Part shown: positions 10,096 to 20,582 of the stretch, piece by piece | How positions within the stretch are numbered: the first letter of the stretch is position 1 | Layout of the letters: every line of letters starts with the position of its first letter | Assembly: GCA_963747795.1 (NCBI GenBank) | Contig: CAVVGS010000016.1 | Coordinates: 13,805 to 77,804, forward strand | Source of the DNA: an uncultured Verrucomicrobiae bacterium | GTDB taxonomy: Bacteria > Verrucomicrobiota > Verrucomicrobiia > Opitutales > Opitutaceae | Reading direction: 5' to 3' | DNA: 64,000 nt | Program-made: the position numbers and the translations under genes | Notes under the pieces: model-generated | What the model saw: only the letters and a program-made list of their open reading frames with translations | The model's database searches: none | Told to the model about the DNA's origin: nothing

Positions 10096-11651
10096 CTACG
10101 TCAGGACCTTGAAAAGCGCCCCCATCAGCGACCGTTCTGTGTAAGGCTTTCTTAGCACGTACGCTACCGACTTCCGTTCCAGCAAGGCCTGTTCCTCAGG
10201 CCCCGCGGACATGGCGCCCGAAGTGGCGATGATGGGCACATCGGGCGCCGCTCGGTTGAGAATGGAGGCCAGTTCCAACCCGCTCATTCTCGGCATCTTT
10301 GTGTCCGTGATGACGGCGCTGAAACGGTTGGGAAATGCCCGGAATCGGGTGACGGCATCCACCCCGTCCCCGGCCGAGACGACGATGAAGCCGTTCCGGG
10401 CCAAAATGTCGCGCGTCAATCGCCGGATCCCCTCGTCATCGTCGACTACAAGGATGCAGCGCCCCCTGCCAAGCAGTATCCTCTCATCGGCGACGGGAGA
10501 GGGATCGGCCTCGGCCGGCGATCGGACGGGAAGGTGGACCCGGAACTCGGAGCCCTGCCCGACGACGCTCGACACCTCGATGAACCCGCCGTGGCTTCGG
10601 ACTATTCCCTCCGCCGTTGCGAGGCCGAGGCCCGTGCCGCTTCCCCGGGGCTTGGTGGTGAAAAAAGGCTCGAAGATCCGCTCGATGTGCTCGGGTGTCA
10701 TTCCCGGCCCCGTGTCCGACACCGCAATCATGACGAATTCTCCCGCTCGGGTTCCCGGATGCAGGCAGGCTTTCGCCTCGTCCACCCGGCAGTTTTTGGC
10801 CCGCAGGCCGATGAGTCCCCCGCCCGGCATGGTGTCGCGCGCATTGATGGCAATATTGAACAGCGCCTGCTCGAGCTGCGCCATGTCTCCCTTGACGGAG
10901 CCCGCCTCCCGCGGCAAATCGAGGCGAAGCTCGATGCCCCGGGGAAAATTCTGGTTGATCAGCTGCGTGACACCCTTGAGAAGGTGGCTCACGGGCACAT
11001 CGGTCCGCCCCCCCCGACCCCCTTGACGAAGGTCAGCAGCTGGCGGATAATCTCCGCGCCGCGGTTGGCCGCTCTTTCAATCAGGTTCAGGTTCTCGCGG
11101 GCGCTGGGGCCGGGCATGTCGAGCTTGAGGAGCTCGATGCTCAGCAGGACGGGCGCCAGGACGTTGTTGAGGTCGTGCGCAATCCCGCTCGCAAGCATGC
11201 CTATGCTTTCGAGCCGCTGCGCCCGGATGAGCTGCGCCTCGAGCCGCTTGCTCTCCGTCACGTCCTTCTTGACGGCTATATAGTGGCTGATCGCGCCGCC
11301 GGCATCCCGCATCGGCGTTATCGTCATCTCCTCGTTGTAAAGCCTGCCGTCCTTGTTGCGGTTGACGATCTCGCCATGCCAGTCCCGCCCGCTCCTGATC
11401 GTCCGCCAAAGTTCGGCAAAGAACTCCGCCGTGTGCACGCCCGAACTCTGCACGCTCGCCTTCCTCCCGATCACCTCGTCCGCCCTGTAGCCGCTGATCT
11501 TTTCGAACCCGGGATTTACCCACTCGATCGTCCCCTGGTCATCGGTGATCACAAGCGCACTGGGAGTCACGCGGGCGCCGGCCGCGAGCAATTCCAATTG
11601 CTCCAGATGACCCATTCCGGGTCTGGGGTCCTGTGAAGCCGCGTCGGACAT
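10096..11651 (-). pseudogene. Hybrid sensor histidine kinase (PAS-HisKA-HATPase-REC) split by a -1 frameshift
   Basis: ORF 10989..11651 carries PAS and the HisKA H-box (SGIAHDLNN). ORF 10096..10998 carries HATPase (N, G boxes) and a receiver domain. Adding one base to the C8 run at 11008-11015 joins them as ...FVKGVGGGRTDVPVSHLLKGV... Confidence 0.8.
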
Positions 11652-11740
11652 CGGGCGATGATTCTATCCGGATTATTCGCGGAGGCAATTCGACGCGCGG
11701 CTCGACAGCAGGAGGAGCGGGCTTGATTCTCGGCACGCCC

Positions 11741-12637
11741 ATGCCCTGGATCATCGCAAGCCTTCTCTCCGCCGTCTTCCTCGGGTTCTACGAATTGGGC
11801 ACAAAGCACGCGGTGAACGGCAATGCCGTCCTGCCGGTGCTGTTCATCGGCAACGTGCTCTCCGCGGGGCTGTGGCTCCTGCTTATGGCCGTGCAGGCGG
11901 CAGGTCCGCACCTCCTGCCAGGCATTTTCACCGTGGCCCCAATCGGCCTTCTTCAGCACGCCCAGATCGTGCTCAAGTCCTTGATAGTCGGGGCGGCGTG
12001 GACCTGCACCTACTTCGCAGTCAAGCACCTGCCTGTCTCCATTTCATCCCCGATCCGCGCGACCGGCCCGGTGGGAACGCTCCTCGGGGCCGTCATTTTT
12101 CTCGGGGAGCGCCCGGCGGAGCTGGCGATGCTCGGCGTTGTCGTCACCCTGGCCTCGTTTATCGCCCTTTCCTTCGCAGGCCGGCAGGAGGGCGTGAATT
12201 TCTTCCGCAATCCCTGGATCGGCTGGCTTGTGGCGGGGACGGCCTTCAACGCGGCCAGCGCCCTCTATGACAAGATCCTGTTCGGCAGGGCCGGCTTTCA
12301 ACCCGCCACCGTCCAGGCCTGGTTTTCCATCTACCTCGCCGTCCTTTTCCTGCCGCTCGCCATCGGGTGGAAGCTGAGGTGGTGGCCCAGGCAGCAATTC
12401 CACTGGAGGTGGAGCATACCGTTTCTTTCGGCCGCCCTCTTGGTCGCCGACTTTCTCTATTTCGGCGCGTTGCGCGACCCGGATGCGCTGGTGTCGCTCG
12501 TTTCGGGGCTGCGCCGCGGAAGCACGCTGGTAGCATTCGCGGGCGGCATCGCGTTCTTTGGCGAAAGGTCGGGCGCCGCCAAGGCGATGGCGGTGGCCGG
12601 CGTGCTGCTCGGCATCGTGCTGACGGTCACGGGCTGA
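11741..12637 (+). CDS. EamA/DMT family transporter
   Basis: About 10 TM segments. The protein-like sequence begins at MPWIIASLLSAVFLGFYELG (ATG 11741). The upstream part of ORF 11633.. is not protein-like. Confidence 0.75.
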   Translation: MPWIIASLLSAVFLGFYELGTKHAVNGNAVLPVLFIGNVLSAGLWLLLMAVQAAGPHLLPGIFTVAPIGLLQHAQIVLKSLIVGAAWTCTYFAVKHLPVSISSPIRATGPVGTLLGAVIFLGERPAELAMLGVVVTLASFIALSFAGRQEGVNFFRNPWIGWLVAGTAFNAASALYDKILFGRAGFQPATVQAWFSIYLAVLFLPLAIGWKLRWWPRQQFHWRWSIPFLSAALLVADFLYFGALRDPDALVSLVSGLRRGSTLVAFAGGIAFFGERSGAAKAMAVAGVLLGIVLTVTG

Positions 12638-13839
12638 ATGAAGCCCGGCCCGGACAGTCTCGGAAACACACGGGCCCTCAGTCTGGAATCCACATCCCGC
12701 CAGTACTCGACCCGATCGTTGCGAAAGTACACGGTAGACAGCCCGTAGCGAAACGATGTCGGCGTGCTGCCGTCCGGCTGGCCTTGGATGGCGACCACCT
12801 CGTCCTTGCGCGAACCGACCGTGAAATAGCCGACCCTCGCGCCCAGCCGGTCGAGGGGCAGCCTCGCCTTCAAATGCGGGTTTCCATCCATCCAGGACGC
12901 CACGCGATCGTTCTTGAAGACGACGATCGAAGAACCGTACTGGAGCGCGCTCGCCGTGAACGCGTCGGGCTTTCCCTGCACCGACACAACCTCGTCCCGC
13001 GTGGAGCCGATCGTGAAATAGACCCCTTTGCCGGCGATCCCGCCGAGCGATGGCGCCTGGCTCAGGTCGGCCGACGGCCCGGCTGCGATCCCGCCGGCCT
13101 GCGCCAGCCCTGGAGCCGCCGGGCCGCCCTCCTCTGTGGCCGGACTGCCCTGGGAACGAGCCGCCCCGTTTGCGCCCTGAAGCGGTGAAACGCCAATCCG
13201 CCCAAGGGCCGGACCTGACCGGCCTCCAGCCGCCTCGCGCCCATCGCCTGCGACGCCAGGAGTCGTGGCCGGCGCCGCCGGGGCGCCGCCGCCAAGAAAA
13301 CGCGGCGCAAACTGCGCGAGCGACCCGTGAAAGATGCCCGGTCCCTCGCGCCTGGCCGAAGGCGGCTGCGGACTGGACGGGGAGAGGAACCAGAGCGTGA
13401 GGAATCCGAGGCAAAGCAACGCCACAAACCCCCAGAACCTCCACGGGCTCAAGGAGTCCTCGCCGGCCGTGGCAGGCTGCGCCTCGCCGGCCCGCGACGC
13501 ATTTGCGCCCCTGCCGGGCGAATCCCCTTCGCTCCCGCCGGCGGCCTCAAAATCCTCCTGCCAGTGGGGCCGATTCGACTCGGCGGTCTCTGCGGCCTTT
13601 CCCCCGCTGCCTCCGAGGCCGCTGGCCATTTCCGGCACGCGCTTCTTGCACAGCTGCTCGTAGGCCTCGTTGATTTCCTTCAGCTTTTCCTGCGCGATGC
13701 CCTGCGAATGCGAGCCCGGCGCAAACCGGTCGGGGTGCCATACCTTCACAAGCTCGCGGTAGGCGCGCTTCACCTTGGCCAATGGCACGCCCGGCTCGAG
13801 TTCGAGCACGCGAAAGCTATGCTGGAGGTCGATTTCCAA
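12457..13839 (-). CDS. J-domain (DnaJ-like) membrane protein with two C-terminal ~55-aa repeats
   Basis: N-terminal J domain with HPD (VKVWHPDRF), one TM helix (WRFWGFVALLCLGFLTLWFL) and a low-complexity linker. Two repeats follow, of the form YFT[IV]GS..DEVV..QG.PD...YG.S.V.F.NDRV..W. Confidence 0.75.
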   Translation of the reverse strand: MEIDLQHSFRVLELEPGVPLAKVKRAYRELVKVWHPDRFAPGSHSQGIAQEKLKEINEAYEQLCKKRVPEMASGLGGSGGKAAETAESNRPHWQEDFEAAGGSEGDSPGRGANASRAGEAQPATAGEDSLSPWRFWGFVALLCLGFLTLWFLSPSSPQPPSARREGPGIFHGSLAQFAPRFLGGGAPAAPATTPGVAGDGREAAGGRSGPALGRIGVSPLQGANGAARSQGSPATEEGGPAAPGLAQAGGIAAGPSADLSQAPSLGGIAGKGVYFTIGSTRDEVVSVQGKPDAFTASALQYGSSIVVFKNDRVASWMDGNPHLKARLPLDRLGARVGYFTVGSRKDEVVAIQGQPDGSTPTSFRYGLSTVYFRNDRVEYWRDVDSRLRARVFPRLSGPGFIQPVTVSTMPSSTPATAIALAAPDLSPKNAMPPANATSVLPRRSPETSDTSASGSRNAPK

Positions 13840-13915
13840 TCTTGGGACAATGGAGGACGGCCCGGGCGGGTCGCGCCCGATTCGTCCGCATCCCCTGTTA
13901 TCGACCCATTCCGCT

Positions 13916-14704
13916 CTATCTTAAGGTCTTCAGAAACGCCGCAATCCCGCCCCAAAGCCGTTCCGCATCTGCTTGCATCACATTCCGATGGTCTCCTCCG
14001 GGTATGGCGAGCCGCGCCACGCCGGACTTTGCGGAGGCGCTCAGGGCATCGGCCATTGCCGGCAGCACGAAATCGTCCTCGGTTCCATGGACCAGCAGGA
14101 TCGGGCAGGCGACCGACGGAATCTTCGCCAGATTGTCGAAATGATGCCGCAGGAGCATGCCGGTGGGCCACCACGGGTGCGTCCGGCGCGCCATGGCGCG
14201 CATGCTCGTGAAAGGGCTGATGGCGATGAGGCCGGCGACCGGGCGGCGGCTGGCGAGGTCGATCGCGACGGCCGCGCCAAGGGAGCGCCCGGCCAGGACG
14301 ATTCGCGTGGGATCGACATCGGCGCGGCCCAGCAGATGCTCATAGACGGCCTCCGCCGTCGCATAGCATCCGGCCTCGCTCGGGCGGCCGCCGCTCAGCC
14401 CGTAGCCCTCGTAGTCCGCCATCATGGCATTGCAGCCGAGGCACCGAAAACGGGTGAACTCCTCGTCATTCTGGGCGATGCACGAGGCGTTGCCGCAAAA
14501 GAAAATGACCGTCAGCGGGGCCGCGGCGGAACCTTCTACGGCCGGAACCAGCGCCCGTCCAAAGCAGCCGATTATGCCGGCTCCGTCCCGCGCCCGCAGT
14601 CGAACGGTCTCGAAATCCCCGCCGGGTGCCAGGGCAGCCTCCGGCCTCCCCTGCGTCGCCGCGCCGGAAAAAATCAGTCTCGTCTGCGAATGCCACCAAG
14701 CCAC
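13916..14704 (-). CDS. Alpha/beta hydrolase
   Basis: 262-aa ORF with GRSLG nucleophile elbow and a downstream D/H-containing region (VHGTEDD, GGDH). Confidence 0.75.
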   Translation of the reverse strand: MAWWHSQTRLIFSGAATQGRPEAALAPGGDFETVRLRARDGAGIIGCFGRALVPAVEGSAAAPLTVIFFCGNASCIAQNDEEFTRFRCLGCNAMMADYEGYGLSGGRPSEAGCYATAEAVYEHLLGRADVDPTRIVLAGRSLGAAVAIDLASRRPVAGLIAISPFTSMRAMARRTHPWWPTGMLLRHHFDNLAKIPSVACPILLVHGTEDDFVLPAMADALSASAKSGVARLAIPGGDHRNVMQADAERLWGGIAAFLKTLR

Positions 14705-14763
14705 AGGATGGCAACCGAATAGACCAAAGCCCTCTGCCCACCAATCCTAATCCTCAATTTTCG

Positions 14764-15531
14764 ATGCCCCCCTTGTGCATCGCCCACCGGGGCGCCTCCG
14801 CCCGGGCTCCGGAAAACACGCTGCTCGCGTTCGAATGCGCGCGCACCCTCGGCGCGGACGGGATTGAACTGGATGCGCAGACGACCCGCGACGGCATCCC
14901 CGTCGTCTTCCACGATGCCGATCTGCGGAGGCTGACCGGGATCCGGGGCAGGCTTGCCGATTTCTCCTGGGCCGAGCTCCGCGGCTTGCGCGTCGGAGGC
15001 GAGCCGATTCCAAGCCTGAAGGAGGCACTTGCCTTTGCGCGCGGCCGGTTGCTCGTGCAGATCGAGATCAAGAAGGGGGCGCGGGTGGGGCCGGTCGTGG
15101 ACGCCATTCGCGGCACCCGGAAGGCGGGCGGCGTCATCATTGCCTCGTTCGAACGCGCGATTCTCCGCGAATCGGCGGCGCTCGCGCCTGGGACCCCGCG
15201 CATGCTGATCGCCGACCCCGGACGCCGTTCCAGCGGGACCCCGGACGCCGTTTTGCGCCTGGCCCGTGCCGCCATTTCCCTGGGGGCGGTAGGGATGAGC
15301 CTGAACCACCGCTGCATTGACTCGCCCCGGCTTGTCGAGGCTATCCACAGCCGCGGCCTGCGCCTGTGGTGCTGGACTGTCGGCGACCGACGGGCGATTC
15401 GCCGCCTTTCGGAATGGGGCGTGGACGGCCTTGTCGGGAACGATCCGGAAAAGATCGGCGCCGTTTTTCAATTGACGGCCCAACGAGTAGGGACTTTTCA
15501 GATCAACTCCGCATCTTGCCCCCTGACTTGA
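14764..15531 (+). CDS. Glycerophosphodiester phosphodiesterase
   Basis: IAHRGAS..PENTL.AF......GADGIELD...T.DG.PVVFHD signature. ATG 14764 is chosen because the upstream part of the ORF is not protein-like. Confidence 0.85.
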   Translation: MPPLCIAHRGASARAPENTLLAFECARTLGADGIELDAQTTRDGIPVVFHDADLRRLTGIRGRLADFSWAELRGLRVGGEPIPSLKEALAFARGRLLVQIEIKKGARVGPVVDAIRGTRKAGGVIIASFERAILRESAALAPGTPRMLIADPGRRSSGTPDAVLRLARAAISLGAVGMSLNHRCIDSPRLVEAIHSRGLRLWCWTVGDRRAIRRLSEWGVDGLVGNDPEKIGAVFQLTAQRVGTFQINSASCPLT

Positions 15532-15619
15532 TGTTCCGCCCCCTGCCGTCCGACTCAAACGATGGCCCCCTTCCCCCCAGCCCGGCGGGCGGGGGCCTCC
15601 GCGGACCGCGGGGAATTTC

Positions 15620-18448
15620 ATGAAGATCCGTCCGGAGGCGCGCCCGGCGGTCCTCTCCGCAGCCTACCTCCTGCTGCACCTCGGATCGGAATGTCTGGCG
15701 CGGCGGTTCCCATCCGGCCCCGGGGTGGGCCTGCGCGAGGCGCCAGGATTTGCTTTCGCCTTCCTCGTGCTCTGCCAGCCCCGGCTGGCGCTGGTGGTCG
15801 TCGCCGCCCAGCTGATCTCATTCCTGGCGATCAACTCGTCCAATCCGGGCGTGGCCCTTTCCATCGCCTACTCGTTCGTCGCCGCAGGGGGCTACGCGGG
15901 CATGGCATGGCTCGTCGGCAAGAGGCTTGGGCCGGCCCCGATTCCGAAGAGACGCAGCGAGGGAATGTTCCTGCTGGCCGCATCGGTGGGAGCGGCGCTC
16001 CCCGCGGTCGTCGTCGAGGCGCTGGCGTCCCACGCGGGTTCCCGGCCGATTTCGGATCAGTTCTGGGCGGAGGTCGCCTTCCGGTGGACCGGCGCGGTGG
16101 GGAGCATCCTTGCGATCGTTCCGGCCGCGGCCATATTCGTCGGGCCCTGGATTTTTCCCGGACTGAGGCGTCCCGCCATGCCGAGCGAGCGGGCGCCTAG
16201 ATGGGAGGGGCCGGCGCAGGCCGCGGCGGTCCTGGCGACGCTGTACGCGGTCTTCGTCTGGGCGCCGGTGCGCCGGCTGAACCTTTATCCGCTGTCCTTC
16301 GTTCCCCTGGTCTGGATCGTCCTCAGCCGCGGCCTGCCGGGCGCCGCCGTCGCGGTCCTGGGAATCAACCTATGCACCTGCCTCGGGCTGTGCATCGCCG
16401 GGGCCTCGCCTACCCTCGCCGCAAATTGCCTGCTCCTGTCGATCGCGGTCGCCACCGTTGGACTGGGCCTGGGCACCGCGGTGATGCTCCGGGACCAGGC
16501 CGAGTCCGCCCTGAAGCAAAGCCGGGAGCACCTTGCCCAGGTGCTGACGGGCGCAAGGCTCGGGCTTTGGAACAGCGACCTGAAGGCCGGCCGGGTGACG
16601 TACGACCGGAGGTACGCGGAGATGCTGGGCTACAGCCTCGGGGAGATTCCGTCCGACAGGGCCTGGTGGCACGAGAGCATTCACCCCGACGAGCGCGCGC
16701 GTGTCCGCGCCCTTCTCGACGACCATCTCGCCGGCCGGAGCCCCTACTACGAGGCGGACTACCGGATGCGGACGCGCCAGGGAGGTTGGAAGTGGATTCA
16801 TTCCCGCGGCACGGTGATCGAGCGGGCTGAGGACGGAACTCCCCTCCGCATCGCCGGCACCCATCTCGACCTCACGGACCGCAAGGAGGGGGAGGCGGAA
16901 AAGAACCGCCTCCTCGACATTATAGAGGCGTCGCCGGACTTCATTGCCTCGGCCGACCTCGAGCACCGCATTGTCTACCTCAACCCGGCGTACCGGCGCC
17001 TGCTCGGCATCACGGACCCGGCGGCCGCGCGCAATTTGCGAATCAACGACACGCACCCGGAGTGGGCCGCGAAGATCATCATGGAGGAGGCCATTCCGGC
17101 GGTCCTCAAGAACGGTAGCTGGGTCGGCGAGAACGCGATGCGCGACTCGCACGGCCGCGAAGTCCCGGTCTCGCAGCTTATCATCCTCCAGCGCGACAAC
17201 GACGGGAAGCCGGCGGCGCATTCGACCATCGCGCGCGACATCTCGCGCCAGAAGGAGGTGGAGGCCGTGCGACTGGCCACGGAGCGAAAGATCCTCCAGG
17301 CCCAGAAGCTGGAAAGCCTGGGCGTGCTGGCCGGGGGAATCGCCCACGACTTCAACAACCTGCTGACCGCGATCCTCGGCAATGCGAGCCTCGCCGAACT
17401 CGACCTGCCGGAGAATTCGCCGGTCCGGGCGCCCCTGCAGGAGATCAGAAAGGCTTCGCTCCGGGCGGCCGAGCTGTGCAAGCAGATGCTCGCCTATTCC
17501 GGGCGCGGGCACTTCACCGCGTCCCGGGTGGACCTGAGCGAGCTGGTCGCGGACACGAGGCAGCTCCTGCAGGTCTCGATCACCAAGAAGTGCGTACTCA
17601 GCTGCGACCTCGCCCGCGGCCTCCCCCCGGTCGACGTCGATCAGGGCCAGATCCGCCAGGTGCTCGTGAATCTCGTGATCAACGCCTCGGATGCGATTGG
17701 CGAGCGAAGCGGCACGATCCGCGTGTCCACCGGCCTGACCAGGCTTGAGTCCGCCGCACCGCCGCCGGTCCATTACTCGGCGGAGCTGCCGCCCGGCGAC
17801 TACGTCTTCCTGGAGGTGGAGGACAACGGGGTCGGGATGAAGCCCGATGTCTCGGCGCGCATTTTCGAGCCCTTCTTCACGACCAAGTTTGCCGGGCGCG
17901 GCCTCGGCCTGCCGGCCGCCCTCGGCATCGTTCAGGGCCACCGCGGAGCGATCGGCTTCCAAAGCATGCCCGGCCGTGGAAGCCGCTTCCGGTTCCTGCT
18001 GCCTGCCGCCGGCGGCCCGGCCGGCCACGGGCCGGACGCCGTCCCGGGCGGAGCCGTGCAGGTTCCCAGGCGCGGCACCATCCTCGTCGTGGACGACGAG
18101 GAGACGGTGCGCAGCGTCGCGGCGAGGCTCCTCGAAAGCGCCGGATTCGACATCGTCCTGGCCGAGGACGGCAGGCAGGCGCTGGAGATATTCAGGCGTC
18201 GTGCGGGGGATTTCACCGCGGTCCTGCTCGACCTGACGATGCCCCACATGAACGGCGAGGAGACCTTCCGCGAGCTGCGCAAGGTCCGTCCGGCAGTGCC
18301 GGTCGTGCTCATGAGCGGCTTCAGCGAGGAGGACTCCGTCGAGCGATTCGCAGGGCGGGAACTGGCGGGCTTCGTGCCGAAGCCCTTCGACCGCGACTCC
18401 CTGGTCAGCAAGCTGCTTTCGCTCGTGGGCGGGCGCGGCGGGACCTGA
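15620..18448 (+). CDS. Hybrid sensor histidine kinase (membrane sensor, 2 PAS, HisKA, HATPase, REC)
   Basis: 942-aa ORF with an N-terminal multi-TM region, PAS repeats, an H-box GGIAHDFNNLL, N/G boxes and a C-terminal receiver (ILVVDDEE...DLTMP). Confidence 0.9.
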   Translation: MKIRPEARPAVLSAAYLLLHLGSECLARRFPSGPGVGLREAPGFAFAFLVLCQPRLALVVVAAQLISFLAINSSNPGVALSIAYSFVAAGGYAGMAWLVGKRLGPAPIPKRRSEGMFLLAASVGAALPAVVVEALASHAGSRPISDQFWAEVAFRWTGAVGSILAIVPAAAIFVGPWIFPGLRRPAMPSERAPRWEGPAQAAAVLATLYAVFVWAPVRRLNLYPLSFVPLVWIVLSRGLPGAAVAVLGINLCTCLGLCIAGASPTLAANCLLLSIAVATVGLGLGTAVMLRDQAESALKQSREHLAQVLTGARLGLWNSDLKAGRVTYDRRYAEMLGYSLGEIPSDRAWWHESIHPDERARVRALLDDHLAGRSPYYEADYRMRTRQGGWKWIHSRGTVIERAEDGTPLRIAGTHLDLTDRKEGEAEKNRLLDIIEASPDFIASADLEHRIVYLNPAYRRLLGITDPAAARNLRINDTHPEWAAKIIMEEAIPAVLKNGSWVGENAMRDSHGREVPVSQLIILQRDNDGKPAAHSTIARDISRQKEVEAVRLATERKILQAQKLESLGVLAGGIAHDFNNLLTAILGNASLAELDLPENSPVRAPLQEIRKASLRAAELCKQMLAYSGRGHFTASRVDLSELVADTRQLLQVSITKKCVLSCDLARGLPPVDVDQGQIRQVLVNLVINASDAIGERSGTIRVSTGLTRLESAAPPPVHYSAELPPGDYVFLEVEDNGVGMKPDVSARIFEPFFTTKFAGRGLGLPAALGIVQGHRGAIGFQSMPGRGSRFRFLLPAAGGPAGHGPDAVPGGAVQVPRRGTILVVDDEETVRSVAARLLESAGFDIVLAEDGRQALEIFRRRAGDFTAVLLDLTMPHMNGEETFRELRKVRPAVPVVLMSGFSEEDSVERFAGRELAGFVPKPFDRDSLVSKLLSLVGGRGGT

Positions 18449-18481
18449 CCTGCCTCAGTACCTCATTTCACAAATGGAGTA

Positions 18482-19721
18482 CTAGGCCGCGAAGGGCTGG
18501 AAGCTCCCCGGCCCACCGTTCCCGTTTGGCGGGAAGGCGCGGCGGCGCAGCTTCGTGCGGGCGACCTCGTTGGCGAGCGCAACCAGCTCGTCGATCAGGA
18601 TCGTCGGGTCCTCCTCGTAACGGAGCCGCAGAAAACTGGCGTGGGCCCGCGCATAGGAGTCCGGGTTGTCGAGCCACTCGCCGATGATCTCGGCAAAGTC
18701 GCCGGCGCGCTCGATCTTCCGGGACAGCGCCCCGTTGCGGAAGAACTTCCAGGTCAGTTCCTCCTGGGGCATGATGCCGCCAAAGGCGTTGAAGATGACC
18801 GGGCAGCCCAGGTGCAGCGCCTTCGCGCAGGTGGTCGTCCCCCCGCGGGTCACGATGGTGTCGCTCGCCTGGATGAGCAGGTGCACGACCTCGGAAAAAC
18901 CCTCGATGTAGCAGTTGAACTCCGGGTGGTTGGCGCGCCAGTGGACCAGCTCGTTGTAGGTCTCCTTGTTGCGCCCGCAAATGACGATGGCCTGGCACCG
19001 GTCGCCCAGGGCCGCCAGCACCGGGAGCAGCTCGAAATGGTTGTTCGCTCCGTTGCCGCCCGTCGCGAGGAACACGGTGAAAAGGTCCGGGCGAAGGCCC
19101 AGGCGCTTCTCGCGGAAGGCCCCGCGCTCCGGAGGGCGGGATGATCTCCAGGTGGGCGCGCGGCTGCATGAGCGTGCCGCGCACGGTCGCCCTCTCCCGG
19201 GGTATCCCCTTCTTCACCGCGTAGTCGCCCGCGGTCGGCGTGCGCGAGATGTAGAGGTCCACGGTCGGCTCGATCCAGTTGCGCGAATAGCCCCAACCGC
19301 CCGAGAACTCGCCGCAGTAGGTCGCGCAGCGCACCTCGTCCGCGCCCAGCTCGCTTCGCGCCAGCTGGAAGTAGCCGCGGTTCAGGCAGTCGTGGACGCT
19401 GAAGACCAGGTGGGGCCTGTACTCGCGCACGACCCTGAGGTAGTAGCTCCGGCCGAAGGCGACCGTGCGCTGGTTGAGGATGCTCAGCAGCTCGACGAAC
19501 GCGTAGAACAGCTTGTGGACCCAGGGGGCGCCCTTCTGGATGCGGTTGTAGAAGTTGACGCCGGCCCGGTTGACCACGGAGGACTTCTCGAGCATCTGCT
19601 CGATGCGCACGTCGACGTCGTGCCGGTAAAGCTGGAAGCACCACTCCGCGAAGGCCTCGGCGCGGGCGTCGTGGCCGCCGCCCGTGCTGGAGGTGAGGAC
19701 GAGTATCCGGATTTTAGACAC
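18482..19721 (-). pseudogene. MGDG-synthase/UgtP-like glycosyltransferase (GT28), frame-disrupted
   Basis: The N-terminal half sits in the frame of ORF 18468..19721 (ILVLTSSTGGGHDARAEAF...). The C-terminal half sits in ORF 18482..19075 (FLATGGNGANN...TRGGTTTCAKAL...). The junction is ...LEIIPPS / ERGAFREKRLGLRPDLFTVFLATGG at about 19126-19136. Confidence 0.75.
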
Positions 19722-19744
19722 GATTCAGCCGGGGGCGCCGGCAG

Positions 19745-20572
19745 TCAGGCCGATCCGAAGTAGCGCGCCGCCACGCCGCGAAGCGCCGACGCGGGTGCGA
19801 GGCGGGCGAAAAGGGGCGCAATCCGCGCCTGGAAGAAGGTTCCGGAGCGGACGACCCCGCCCCTGTTGCGGATCAGCGCTCGGCGCAGGTCGGCGGCCGC
19901 GCGCTCGGCCGGCGGGGCCGATCGCAGGTGGGACTCGAGGGCTCGCCATGCCGCCGCGGGCCGCGGAGCCGCAGCGGAGGGGCCGGATTGTGTCTTCATG
20001 TTATCGTTGAAGGCCGTGCGGTAGTCGCCGGGCCGGAAATCGAACACCCTGACCGCGCTTCCCCGGGATTCAAAGGTCAAACTCTCGCTCAGGGCGGACA
20101 GCCCCGCCTTGCACACGTTGTAGCCGCTCATGAAGGGAAGCGGAAAATCGGCCCCGATCGACGAGACGTTGACAAGCGCGCCGCGGTTGCGGGCGCGCAT
20201 CGCCTTCCAGGCCGCGTGGGCGATCCGCAGGGTCGCTCCGAGCATGGCGTCCAGCTGAGCCTGCCAGCGGGCGAAATCCACGGCGTCGAACTCGCCGAAG
20301 ACGCCGTAGCCCGCATTGTTCACCACGAGGTCGAAGCCCTCCCCGGCCTCCCGGGCGGCGCGGTCGAACGCGGCCGCGGCCCCCGCGGCGTCGGCAAGGT
20401 CGAGGGCGACGGGCCGCAGGCCCGCCCGCGGGTCGAGCCGGTCCGGGTCGCGCGAAGTGCCCCAAACGCGCACGCCCTCGGCGAGCAGCATCCCGGCGAA
20501 GGCCTTTCCGAGTCCCGAGGCGGCCCCGGTCACGAACGCCGTTCGGTGCATGTCGGAAAGTCGGCTGGGCAT
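19745..20572 (-). CDS. Short-chain dehydrogenase/reductase (ketoreductase-like)
   Basis: TGAASGLGKAF Rossmann motif and YNVCK catalytic motif. ATG 20572 is chosen, 10 nt after the upstream stop. Confidence 0.85.
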   Translation of the reverse strand: MPSRLSDMHRTAFVTGAASGLGKAFAGMLLAEGVRVWGTSRDPDRLDPRAGLRPVALDLADAAGAAAAFDRAAREAGEGFDLVVNNAGYGVFGEFDAVDFARWQAQLDAMLGATLRIAHAAWKAMRARNRGALVNVSSIGADFPLPFMSGYNVCKAGLSALSESLTFESRGSAVRVFDFRPGDYRTAFNDNMKTQSGPSAAAPRPAAAWRALESHLRSAPPAERAAADLRRALIRNRGGVVRSGTFFQARIAPLFARLAPASALRGVAARYFGSA

Positions 20573-20582
20573 GGCGGGGATC

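Noticed and set aside
16370-18247. 625-aa ORF on the minus strand
   Set aside because: It lies antisense to the hybrid histidine kinase, which has clear domain motifs, so it is a shadow ORF.
18457-18483. Imperfect 12-bp hairpin between the convergent kinase and GT28 genes
   Set aside because: It has two mismatches, no U-tract, and overlaps the GT28 stop codon, so it is not convincing as a terminator.
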